From Camelus ferus (lineage: Eukaryota), in assembly GCF_009834535.1 (NCBI RefSeq), contig NC_045696.1, positions 60,018,001 to 60,082,000 on the forward strand: a stretch of 64,000 nt of DNA. Reading direction: 5' to 3'. The position numbers and the translations under genes are program-made. The notes below the pieces were generated by a model. That model was not told the DNA's origin. It did no database searches and saw nothing but the letters and a program-made list of their open reading frames with translations. This document shows positions 25,757-38,219 of this stretch, piece after piece. Numbering within the stretch: position 1 is the first letter of the stretch; the number at the start of each line of letters is the position of its first letter.

Positions 25757-28700
25757 CTAAGACTGAAATGAAATCATTACTTGATGAATTGAACTTAAGC
25801 TTCAACAAATAGGTCTTCAGACCTCCCAGACTCTCAAATCTCCCAGCACTAGTCCCAACCCACTGTTCTAAATCCACAGTTGAGGCCCACATAGGGAGAC
25901 CTGGGGTTGCAGTAAGATGGCAGTTCATAGCCCAGAGATCTCTATTCGATGTGCATTCAGAGGAAATCTATGGCTACAATAAGGTCCTGCTGGAAGGTAC
26001 GTAAAAACATTGTGGACAAACTTGTTTAGCATCTAGGAGCCCGGAGTGAACCAGAAGTAGAAGTTGCATCTGAAATAGGAAAGTGTCACTTTCTGCAGAA
26101 AATCAGGAGTACATTTCTTAACAACATGTAAAATCTCAGACTTGTGCTTTGAGAGAGACAGATGGGTGTGTGTTCCTCCCTGTGCACAGAGAGAGCAGTA
26201 ATCCACCACACAGAGTCTGGGTCATTCCCAGAAAAGGCCCAGGAAGCCAGCAGGCAGTTCAAAGTGCATGCAGATTGGGCCTGGGCACATAGGACCCAGA
26301 GAAGAACTGATCCCAAGGAGGGTGGGGCTGGGGGAAGCATCAGCATACAGCCCGACATCACATCCCCAGACACTAAGTCCTCCTACGACCAGGACATCGT
26401 AAGGGCCTCTCTCTCGAATCAGCGCTGCAATTTGGGGCCCTAAGAACAGCTGTGCCAAGTTCTGTTTCATTATCCAAAAGGAATCAAGTCACACAACCAC
26501 TGAGAGAGAGAGAGAGAGAAAAACGACTGTTAAAACCTGCTTCCCTCTCTGATTAGTGTCCGTGTTTTTTTTTAAGACTCAGGATCTATTTTTCCCGTCT
26601 AATTATTTTCCTGTATTCTCTTTTGACATCTGAATAAACACAGAAGCTTGAAAACATAGCCAGCCTGCTTGGGAAATGTTCACCGCCATGTGGGTTCTGC
26701 AGAACAATCAAGAAAAACCGAACATGAACCAAATTCTGCTTTTTAGGAATCATCCCATAAAAAGGGATTCCAAAACGAAAAATGGGCTTCTAATTCTAAT
26801 TAAAAGTTTCCTACAGTAATTTGCTCATAGTAGGATTTGAAGGCGGGAGTGGAAGGAACAGGGCAGTGAGAAAGGGGTACTTGACACAAGCAATTCTTTA
26901 TCGGTTGAAAGATGCCCAGAGATCCACGGTGTAACTCTGCAGTGGGGCTAGGGAAGAAATGCCGTCCATTATTCATTGATTCAGAGAACCTACTAGCACA
27001 CACCCCAAGTCAGGAGGCAAGACGTCCCACTCACAGAACATTTACAGGAAACACTGGAGCAGCCGCGCACTTACGCGACAAGAGGTGCAGAATGCAGGAC
27101 TACAGCGCGGCTTGCAGTTAAGCACCCAGGGATCGAGACCCAGGATGGACAGGACACCGTCTTCTGTGGCCCAAGACCAGTCCCAGCTTCCCTGAACCTG
27201 AGTGTCCTCCTCTGTCCAAACAGAGCTTCGAGTGTTTGAGAAACTCTGAGGATCCTTCTCATTCCAACATTTAGGCAGGAAATAAAAAGATCTTGGGGAA
27301 TCAGAGGCAAGGGCACTGGTCTGGAGTCTAAGAAATGCCTTTGAAAGTGAAACCAAGGTCCACGTGCCGGGCAGGGCCCCTGAGCTGAAGGGAGTCACTC
27401 CTCCCCAGGACACTGAGCTCACAGGTGAGGGGTTGCCTCCAAACACCGCTGGCTCCCTTTCAGTAACTTCTTAGGAATGACGGGAGTGCCAGAGCAACAG
27501 GGAACCCCCAGATGACCTTGTGGGGCCAGCTCTCCCTCACACTTGCAGGGTCTGTTATTCTGGACGGGAAACAGACAGGAACTAACATGTTTTGAAACTG
27601 ACTCTGTTCCAGGCACTTTGCACAGGGAATCTTCCCAAGGGTATCTCATTTGCTCCTCCCGGGGTTTCAAAAGTTGATTGGATTATCCCAGTTGTACAGA
27701 TGAAGTAATAAAAATTTAGAGAGGTTAAATCACCTGCCTAGTCACACAGCAAGTGGTGCCAAGGCCAGGATTCGAGTGTGGATTTAGCTGACCCCACCAC
27801 ACTGCACTGATCCTGTTTTTATCCAGTCATCCCGATGCACGAACTCCTTGTTTTCCCTTAAGCCAAACCTAATGCCCTGACAGTTGGTGGCTGTACCTCC
27901 AGCTTTGAGCCTCCACATCGGGGCTCAGCTCCCTGCCTGCCGCTTGCCCTGGGCCTCCTATTGGCTGCCTGCTGTCCTGGCCACCAATCATATGGGACCC
28001 TTGTTTACCGCCAAGATCAAAACGCACCAGCTTTAGGAGGTCTTCTCTGAATTTATATATATGAATGTATATATTGTACATTTTTCTAGTATGGATTTGA
28101 CAAAGCTTATAAAGATAGATGAGGTAGTAAAACCATAAAATACAAATACATTAGGGCTGCTTTTTCTGCATGACTCCGTTCACCTTAGAGCTGCCTTTCC
28201 CCGGCCTGCTGCACTTGTGTGTCAGCATGCTTCAGAGAAGGCCGAGATGGAATCACTGACTTTTTGAGGCTCCTCTGCCTTTTTGGGTTCCTTAGTAGCA
28301 CGTAACCCTGGTCATTGGATATTCATATGCTCACTGAATGCCTGTTCTTCCTGAAGAAAGAGCTCAGGACGGGCCCTTCAGTGGCCAGGTGTGTGCCTGG
28401 GGAACTCCTCTCTGCTCATTTCCCCCATGAGGGAAGAGACAGCCATGAGTCACTCATTGTGCTCCTGGCCCCCTGGAAGGAACATGGTTTGTAGCCAAGG
28501 GATCAAACCAAACAAACTGATGACTGGTGATGTCACGTGTGCACACTGCTGCGTTGCCAATCACAGGCAGCATCTTGCTGTTCCCAGGCTGCACCCTGCG
28601 CACCCATGCATGGCTCAGTGTGACATCAGAGGCTGGGCCCTCTGCAATGAGTGCTCTTCCTGACATGTGACTCGCCACCCTATGGCCTCACTGCCTCACG

Positions 28701-28779
28701 GGGAATGCCAGAGAAGATGGGAAGATAGGCATACACACACCTGCTTCCAAAGTTCCCCTTCAGTCCACAGCAAACTTAC

Positions 28780-28835
28780 CTTATTTTAACAATTACAGTC
28801 TGTCCGTAATCAGAATTGTTAAATGCCTTTTTAAA
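28780..28835 (-). CDS. MUC13: MUC13 exon 5 (SEA domain)
   Basis: ttttcctccacag| FKKAFNNSDYGQTVIVKI(R) |GTAAGT; 56 nt, phase 0 to 2. Confidence 0.92.
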
Positions 28836-29438
28836 CTGTGGAGGAAAAGAACAGATTTAATAACTACAAAGAGGGGGGAAATGTGATACTGTATCTATGT
28901 TTTAGCATAAGTCCATTTCTAAACTCATTTATACAAATAATACAGCAAATTATTTATTCTTTACATACGCTCTAACACCTTTCAGTAAGTTTTGCTTTGA
29001 AATAGTAAGATTCTGATATAATTCAGAGCTACCCAGGAAAAAGCAGGAAACCTAAAGCACTCAGTCTAATCAATGATCACACTCTTAAAAATCAGCTGAC
29101 TAACTTCAGTTTTGTCTTATCAAAGCCACGGTGAAGTTCTGCAAGTCTGTTACACTTACCTGTATGCAAACTTCATACACTCATCATTTATCCAGGAACA
29201 CATAATTGCCTGCCTTCCCAGGGCGTCAGGCCAGGAACACGGAGATGACCAAGGTGGGCAGAACCAGCCTGAGAGCCAATGGGGGCTACACCATGAACTT
29301 GAGTGAGGGGAGCACCACAGAGAGTATGATCTACCCTGGGCGTTCAGAGAAACTCCCTCCAGGCTGCAGAGAAGCAGAGCGAGCGGCACAAAGGAGAGCA
29401 GCCTTCCAGCACTTCAGCGGGTGGTGCGGGGCCAGGGC

Positions 29439-29608
29439 GCGGAGGGAGCGGCAGCGCGGAGGGAGCGGCAGCGCGGAGGGAGCGGCAGCGCGGAGGGAGC
29501 GGCAGCGCGGAGGGAGCGGCAGCGCGGAGGGAGCGGCAGCGCGGAGGGAGCGGCAGCGCGGAGGGAGCGGCAGCGCGGAGCGAGCGGCAGCGCGGAGGGA
29601 GCGGCAGC
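29439..29608 (+). repeat. GC-rich minisatellite, 10 x 17 bp (GCGGAGGGAGCGGCAGC), in MUC13 intron 4
   Basis: Ten near-identical copies read directly; one has a single G>C change. Confidence 0.95.
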
Positions 29609-32363
29609 CCGGGCCGGCCTTCAGAGGTGGCGGGGCTCAGAGCGGAGCGGGCTCAAGTGCCACCTTTCTCCCCCTGTCAGCTTTCTTTGAACCTCGCTGT
29701 CTGACTGGGAAGTGTGAGATAGCAGTAATTTCCACCACCCAAGGCCGCAGGTGTAGACGAGGAGGGGGAGTAAAGGATCGTGGCTTTGTGCGCTGGAAGG
29801 GGCTCCAGCACAGGTAGATCTTGCTAGGCTCGAGTTGTGTCCCAGGAGCAGAGACAACTCTAGAAATTTATACAGACGTGGCCAGAGGTAAAGCTGGGAC
29901 TCTGGCAGGGGTGAGGGGATGGGTGTCCCAATTAGAACATAAGTTCTTTGATGACACAAATGAGATTCATTTTCTGTTTCTTAGGACACAACCCCCCTCC
30001 CGCCTGCTCACCCCTATCCTCGTCCCACAGCGCCCAACACCAGGCAGCCCCCAGGAAACACCCACACCAGCTGACTGATGACTGAGGGAATTAAATGTGA
30101 AAGTCATGACCTTGGACGTGTCTTCTCCTTTTTGGGCCCCAGTCTCCATGTTTATTACATGAGTGTTGAACTGGGTTGGTGCAACTGTTTTAGAATCCAA
30201 GAATTTTATTATTTTTCTCCCACGGGGGCCCTACATTTTAAAAGATCTTGGCAACCAATGTCACTTAGAAAGATGTTAGAACATTTCTCTTTCATTCTAG
30301 TCAAATCCAAATAAATTTGATGCTCTCCTTATTCTGGGCAGCCTTATATCTGGAATATGTCAGATTCCTTTTCAATTCTTTTAAATATTAGGAAGGGCTG
30401 GTATTTCTGTAAACCATCAGGGCCCCAGGTATCTACTTGAAAAAAGTTCACTGAATGACCTCCAAGTTTCCATCATCTCCCCTACTGACCACTGCCCATT
30501 TAATTTCCTTAATCTCAAAGAAGAGATTGCAAAATTAGCATCTGCCATTGGAAAAGGGTTTCCATTTTTCCCTCTTCCAGGCCACCCTTTGAGGATTTGG
30601 GGATATGCACCTCTTCAGCGGAAGGGCTGCAAGGCTGGGCAGGAGGGCAGGAGTTATCCAAACAGGCCTGCCGGCTTCCACTGCACAGCAGAGCCAGCAG
30701 GGAAGGAGAAGCAGCTCCGTGGTCAGGCAGGTCTGGGTTCACATCCCCCCACCCCGTCCTCACTCATCAGCTGGGCGACCTTCGGCCAGTTACTCAGCCT
30801 TCCTGATCCTTGACTACCCACCTCACCTGCAGAACAGTTCCACAGCACCGTCTCCCCCATGTGGCGATTTTGAGAACTAGAAATATTATGCATAAAATGC
30901 CAGGTACAGCAGCAGTAGGGAAACTTCAAAACCCTGTGCAGACTGTCCCTTTGAATCTATCTGGGGACAAAAAGGACCCTGGGAGACGTCTCAGGGCCTG
31001 AGCTGGCACTGCCCTGGCTATAGAGTCTGCTAAGTGGACCTGGAAGAAAGTAAATGTCTCTCTTTCCCCACCTCTAGTTGTTGCAAAGGAGTTTTGGTGC
31101 TTCCCTTTCAGATTGATAGCCTCTTAGAAATTACAAGAGTGCTCTAGCCCTTCCTGCTTCCCCAGGATCATTGAGACCTGCCTGAGATCAAGTCACTGAA
31201 CTAGACTCTGAAGCCCGGGGCCTAGGCCTGTAGCCAGAGGGGGTTTTGGACACTCGTACTCAGAGCAAGTTGGGAAGTGCAGTGGCCACAGTGGCCAGAG
31301 ATTGGTAAAGCCACACAAGACCATCAGGGGTTCCCTGGAAGCAGGAACACACTGGTGTTACTGTCCTCAATGTAGCACGTATCATGCAAGCGGGGATTTG
31401 GAATGTAGACCCAGGGTGAGAGGCTAAGTCCGTCCAGCTGGCCCCTGGTGCACAGGTGGTGCAGCAAAGGGGCAGGGCAAGCCCGGGGCACCCGGGCATT
31501 GCTCACAGTGCCTGGCACCGGCTGTTTGCTTGTAAGCACTCACTCTGTCTGTACCATCTGTAAATCATTTGGATAATAATTTTTCACGTTTAACAAATTC
31601 TAATAACAAAATTCTTTTGTAATGTTATAATTTCAAATTGAAAGACATTGACATAGAGTAAGATTTTAATTTTTAACATCTTACTAGAATTCTAAGATGT
31701 ATTTACAAGCTAACATTTTCTTCTTCAAAACCAAACTTTGAGAAATACTGGCTGGAGGCCCTAAGACCTTCCAGATCTGACAGCAGTTGGTCCAGAATGA
31801 AGATCTCCATCTCTCCATGTTGACATTCTTACTCACAGTAATCAAAATGAAACGAAGCTATTGTTCATTTTGACATTTTTGAACATGGGAAAATGAAATA
31901 ACGGATGTTAAGTCAGATGGAGTTCCTCTTCCAGATGTTAAAAAAGCCAGACAAGCACAGGAAAATGTGCAAATTTGATTGTAAAAAGAAAAATATCTTT
32001 AAATTTTTTTCCCTTCAAGACTATGAAAATAATTTATTTTAAAGCATCATTACATTTATCTGTCCATTTAAAAATATTTTAATAGCCTCTGTAAGAATGA
32101 GTATGGCATGGCCGCCAGGTGTAGGGGCAGGGGTGCGGGGACCAGGGCCCCAGAGGAGGAGCCGGGCAACCAGGAAGCAGTGACACCCGGGAGCTGGGGA
32201 CAGTTACTGTTTACCAGCCAATAAGGGTGCATTTCTCTGTTTGAACCACTGGTACAGCCACACCCATGTGAACCACCTGAATGTCATTCTCTAGTTAGAG
32301 AGAGAATAGTCAGTGTTAGAATAAAGAATATCTGTATGGAAAAGATAGTTAGAAAATACTTAC

Positions 32364-32470
32364 AAATTCAGTAATTTCAAAATGTAATTTTTGATAGGCC
32401 ACAGAATTTTCATCTTTCAAGTCCTCTATATTTGATGTTTTGAATGTAATTGTACCAGGGAATATCTTTC
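32364..32470 (-). CDS. MUC13: MUC13 exon 4 (SEA domain, N-terminal part)
   Basis: gaatttcag| (G)KIFPGTITFKTSNIEDLKDENSVAYQKLHFEITEF |GTAAGT; 107 nt, phase 1 to 0. Confidence 0.93.
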
Positions 32471-33658
32471 CTGAAATTCAAGCAGAATATTTCTGTGATA
32501 CTTAATGTAAAAAGGGCCATTTCCATTTTGTTTAAAACATAGATTATTGTAAAAAAATTCTAAACTTATGAAGATACTACTGGAAGTATGGGAATACGAA
32601 AAACATTACCCCCTATTTCTCCCAGCTCTGTTTTTTTTCTGTGCCTGGTTTACATCGTTATAGCTCCAATATATATCACGAGTCTTCTTTACTTATTATT
32701 ACATAATAAACATTTTTCCAGATTATTACTTAGGCTTTGCAACTATCATTCTAAATGCTATATAGTATTCTATGAAATACATGTTCCCTCCATTGATTTT
32801 TTTTAGTGCTTTTAATTATTTAAAAGGGAAAAAAAGCTTGCAGTGAACGTCTTCATACACAGAGCTTTCTATTTTGGAGGTCATTTACTTAGAGTGCACC
32901 CTCAGAAATGAGATTATTAGTGCTTAAGATAGGACATCCTTCTGCGTTTTGGTATATCTCTAATCCCTGTGGCCAGTACAGTTCATTCATGTCCTATAGA
33001 GTTGGTCTGCTCTGGGAAGGAAGGGTATTTCTCATTCAGAAAACAGATCCACATTTATAAATCAGTAAACAGCCTTGGACTTTCATAGCAGTCAGCTGGT
33101 CTAACCAAAAAAGTGTAGTGCTGATTTGCTCCTAAAGTCCGTTTCTAGAGCTGAGAAGCTCTTAAGTCTCCAAAAATAGGGTTTGGTGTTTGGAAGAAGC
33201 AAATCCTATGACAACACAGAACAGGACCAAGGTCAGAGCCGAAGTAGCCCGGCTTGTCTGGCTGAGTGGTTTTAGGCATACGGCCTTATTCTGTATCAGA
33301 GGAGCCACGGAGCAGCACCACCCTGTGTTTATGCAGCCTTTGTACTTTGTCAGGGACTTCAGCACCTCTCATTCTCATTTTGACCCCATGGCACCGTTCC
33401 TTGAACTGTGAGGTGAAGGGACACATGCACTCCTGTACCTTCAGGACTAGCTCCCAGGTCTGACTCGGTCCATTTCCTCTCCCACTAGGTCCCAGTGAGA
33501 TAAAGACAGGTGCCTCTTCTCTACTTGGTGGGGCTTTGTGGCCTCCAAATTTGCCTCTACCTTTAGAATTCTGGAGGCTCTTTTCACCATCATCTTAAGT
33601 TTTCTATTCCATTTAGGTCTGAGGTGCAGGTCTACATGGTTCATCCCTTGTCACTCAC

Positions 33659-33781
33659 CTTTACTGCATGTGGAAGAGTTATAGTATTGCCCTTCTGGAC
33701 ACAGGCAGAAAAATGTATCATTCAGACTCACACACGAAGAACCACCCTTACAGGAATCCTCTTGGCAAGGGTTGGTGGGAC
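33659..33781 (-). CDS. MUC13: MUC13 exon 3 (first EGF-like domain)
   Basis: ccattgcag| (G)PTNPCQEDSCKGGSSCVSLNDTFFCLCPEGQYYNSSTCSK |GTGAGT; 123 nt, six Cys, phase 1 to 1. Confidence 0.95.
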
Positions 33782-34699
33782 CTGCAATGGAGTAGAAAGA
33801 GATTAAAAATCCATAGATTGACAACAAATAACACTCAGAAACATACTTTTAAACCTTCATGCCTCCCTCCCAGGCACTTTCTGTTCGTTAGCTGTGTTAT
33901 TCCATGGTACCCTCTTAGAACAGCTAGAAACAAATACATATTTTCTTACGTCTCTAGGAAGTTTGTTGCTAAAATTCTGGAGCCAAGCGCTTGTCAACAG
34001 TAAAGGTCAGAGTCTGGTGGGTAAGAGTCTGCTCAGAGAGGGGTAGCAGCCTTCTAACTGCAAGGAGTACGGAAATATGTTGGACCTCAAGGATCCTCCA
34101 GAACCTTGACGTCTGGTCCTCCAGCACTAGGTAGGGCTCCCACAACCATTTTAGAGAAAGCATCGTATTTTTTCAGGAAGATGTGAATAGCTCAATTACA
34201 GGGAAGACCAGGCAGGACGCTCCAAAAAGAAGCTATTCTATTCTGGTTAGCATCATGGCATACAGACCCAGGAAGAAAGGAAAGGGATAGTAAGGGAACA
34301 ATGTGGATTAACTCAGTGAACATTCCAAGAGCAAGCAATGCGGGGACACTCCACCCTCTGGCTTTCTGAGTGGATGACCTGAATAAATGGTGAGAAGAAT
34401 GTTACAGTGGTCTCTGCACCACTGGCCAGGACTCCAAGACAAGGCCAGGTGCAGCATCCTTCCTATCTCTGTAGAACTGATGGGACCCGAGAAGGGAAGA
34501 TAGGTCACTGGCCAAACGGTGGTCTTGGCTAGCCACTTTCTTCATCTCTGTCCACTGAAATGATTCTGAGCTTTGATTTCAGAATAGATCATGTGACTGA
34601 CAACCTCCAGAGCTGTCTTAAGATTCACATGATCCTATAGGTGAAAATCACTGCTCTTAAGAAAAAGCTGTGTATAAGCTACAATGTGTACAACATGGT

Positions 34700-35478
34700 C
34701 TCTTTTCTTATTGAAGTACAGTTGATTTACAATATTATAATTTCAAATGTACACTACAGTGATTCAGTATTTTTGTAGATTATACTACATTATAAGTTAT
34801 TATAAGATAATGGCTATAATTCCCTATGCTATATCATATATCCTAGTTGCTTATCTATTTTATAGATAGTAGTTTGCATCTGATAATCCCATACCCCTAA
34901 TTTGTCCGTCTCCCTTTTGTTAACCACAAGTTTGTTTTCTATATCTGTGAGTTTGTTTTTGTTTTGTATATGCATCATTTGCATTATTTTTTAGATTCCA
35001 CATATAAGTGATATCATACAGCAGTTGTCTTTCTCTGTCTGACTTATTTCACTTAATATAATGCCCTCCAAGTCCATCGACATTGCTGCAAATGGCAGAA
35101 CTTCATTCTTTTTATGGCTGAGTAATATTCCATTGTGTATGTGTGTATATATATAAAAATATATAATGTATATGTATAATATATAATGTATGTATATCAT
35201 GCATTTTATAAATATATATATGTGTGTATGTGCGTGTATATATCTCTCTCTCACATCTTTATCCAATCAGCTGTTGATGGGCACTTGGGTTGCTTCCATG
35301 TCTTGGCTGTTGTAAATAATGCAGCTATGAATATTGGGGTCCTTGCATCTTTTTGAATAAGTGTTTTTGTTTTTTCCAGCTATATACCCAGGAGGGGAAT
35401 TGCTGGATCATATGGTAAAACTAAAAACAGAACAACTATATGATTCAGCAATTCCACTCCTGGGCATGTATCTAGAAA
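34700..35478 (-). mobile_element. 5'-truncated L1 (3' end) with a short inverted 5' segment
   Basis: Minus-strand L1 3'UTR/ORF2 end (ORF track NGILLSHKKNEVLPFAAMSMDLEGIILSEISQTEKD) to about 35417, then a plus-strand L1 piece 35418-35478. Confidence 0.8.
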
Positions 35479-35744
35479 TAACATGCTTTGTTTTATGATA
35501 AAGGAGGGGACTACATACAAACATACAAGTGTATATGTTTGTATTTGCCCAAACACAAGCAGCTGGCCACAGAAGCTGCCTCTGGGGAAAGAAACTGGGG
35601 TCCTGTATCCTAGGGGTTTAAGATGGGAAGGAGATTTAATTTTTACTGCATATACTTTTATTCTTTTACTTTAATTAAATTTAAGCTTCTTTTCCCATAA
35701 CTCTGGACCTAATGTAGTTTTATTTTAAAATGAAAAATAAAATA

Positions 35745-36570
35745 GTGCTGGTGAGGAACTCTTATATTGGCAGGAATGTTAAATGGTACAGCCACTTTGG
35801 AAGATAGGTTGGCAGTTTCTTACCAAACTAGATGTACTCTTACCATGTGACCCAGCAAGTGCCGACCTTAGTACTCACCCAAGGTAAATACTAAATATTA
35901 ACTTTGTATTTACCACAACTCACATCCGCTCATAAACCTGTACACTGATAGCAGTTTTATTCAAAATCACCACAACTTGGAAGCAACCAAGATGTCCATT
36001 AGTAGGTGAGTGGATAAACAAACTGTGGTACAGCCACACAATGGAAAATTATTCAGTGTTCAGTCTCGAAAAGACATAGCGAAATGTTAAATGCATATTA
36101 TTCAGTGAAAGAAGCCAATCTGAAAAGGCCACATACTGTGTGAATCCAACTACATGACACTCTGAAAAAGGAAAAACTATGGCAACAGTAAAAAAGGCCA
36201 GTGATTGCCAGGGGTTAGCTGGAAGGGAGCGGTGAATAGGCAGAGCACAGGGGATTGTTAGGAAAGTCTTTATGAACATAGCCTTTATGAAACCATAATG
36301 ATGGATACACATCTTCTACATTCATCCAAACCTATAGAATATACAACACCAGCAGTAAACCCTCATGTGAACTGGACTTGGGGCAACTATGATTTGTCAG
36401 TGCAGATTCATCAGTTGTCACAACTGTACCCTCTGGTGAGGGATGTTAATAATGAGGGAGGCTATGCAGGCATAGGAGCAAGGAATACAGGAAATCTCTG
36501 TACCTTCCTCTCAATTCGGCTGTGAGTCTAAAACTGCTCTAAAAAGTAAAGTCTATCTAAAAAGAATTTT
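35745..36570 (+). mobile_element. Old L1 (L1MA/MB-type) 3' fragment
   Basis: aaatggtacagccactttggaaga ... aacttggaagcaaccaagatgtcc ... taaaactgctctaaaaagtaaagtcta. Confidence 0.8.
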
Positions 36571-37330
36571 TTTAAGAGTGAAGAAAAATCAGGCTCCATG
36601 CAACACAGGAGGCATAATGCAGTGTCTCATAAACAATGTAAGGCTCTCCCCTCCAACCAGGTGTAAATCAATATTCTAAGGAAAGTAAATAGCTTTTTAA
36701 ATAAGCCTCAGCTACGCTGCAAGGATAATTTGGAAAATCCTAGGGAAGAAACTGAGTGCAGCACCCTTCTGGACACACTGGACAGACAACTCCCTGCATG
36801 CTTTCTTCCTGGCAATAAAGGACAGACTTGTTAGCTCTTCTGTGTCTGGGAATAAAGTCACATGATGTTACAGTGTGAAAGGGATTTGGGAGGCTATTTA
36901 GTTCAATCACACCTGATTACAGATGAGCAAGTAGAGGCCAAGAGAGAAATGATTCGCCCTGCACCCCACAGTAGTGAGTGTAGGGCCAGAACACAGATTG
37001 CCTTACTCAGGGGGGTGGGGGCATAAATGGCGTAGAAAAGCTGCTTTTCCTGATCACGGGATTTGTGTAGCTGCCTTCAGAGTGGCTCCTCCTGTCATGA
37101 AAGAAGACTGGGAATCCGGTTGTGACACATGCTCTGCCTCCATTTGCTTAATCATCCATATCTTAGATCTATCCAAGAACATTAGGGAAGCCAAAGAAGT
37201 AAGCGTAGGGAGACATCAATTGTTTTTTGACTTTGGGCAACTTGCCGCCCTCACTGGGCCTCAGTTTCCCTTTCTGAGAATAACAGTTTATCTAGACCCT
37301 TTTCGCAAAGGTTTGAGGATTCTTTTAGAC

Positions 37331-37555
37331 CAGGGGCTGGCAAACTCTCACTCAGGAGCCAATAGTGGCCAGTCTTCTGTTTTTCTTCTAAAGTTTTATT
37401 GGTACACAGTCAGGCACATTCATTTATATATTGTCTACAGCTGCTTTGATATTAAAATGGTAGAGCTTAGTGGCTGTAACAGAGACCTCATTGTGGCCCA
37501 CAAAACCTAAAATATTTACTAGTTTGCCTTCACTGATAAAACTTGCTGACCCTTG
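37331..37555. mobile_element. MER58-like hAT-Charlie DNA transposon
   Basis: TIRs caggggctggcaaact / aacttgctgacccttg; 8-bp TSD-like flanks ttttagac / ctctagac. Confidence 0.75.
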
Positions 37556-38219
37556 CTCTAGACCAAGTTTTGGGAAATGAGGCAAGTGGTTTCTGTTTCA
37601 GTAACTTTGGCTTGAGGTCAATTGTCCTCTCTTAGTACCCCCAAACACCCATCCTCTGGACCATGGCTCTGCTCACGTCTAGGACGAGGACTGAGCACTG
37701 CTGTGGTTTGGCTTTTTATCCCTCAAATTCCAAATTGCGATCAGCTACTTTTGCAATGTCATATTTCTCAATAGCACTTGGTCAGGAACCGGGGTAGCAC
37801 TGACTCCTTCCTTCAGGAGACCAGGGATCTAGACCAGTGGGGCTGGAGAGTCAGTGCTTATTAGGACCTGACCTTCTCAGAGAAGCTGAAACTATTTCCA
37901 AAAATCTCCTAGGAAGACAGAATCTGGAAAAGCAGATTTTCTGAAGTCCAAGTTCATAAAAATATTCCCCATCTGGCAAATTGCTGGAGGAAAGGAAAAC
38001 AGAATAGACCTACAGGCAACCTTGTAGCATCTCTGTCATCGCTCTTAGTCTTTGTGACTGCAGACTTTTTAACTCTAGAGTTTCGTATCCAAGGAAACCT
38101 TGAGTCACTTCACAAGCACTTCCCAAGCACTTCCCTACTACATGAGAACACACTTACCTACCATCCATCACAGTGCTGTGACTCCTCACTGAGGAGTCTT
38201 TCCTGGAATTGCTCTTAAC

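Noticed and set aside
29206..29817. 203-aa ORF with RRERQRGGSGSAEGAAA repeats
   Set aside because: Product of the 17-bp minisatellite, antisense within an intron, with no splice or homology support
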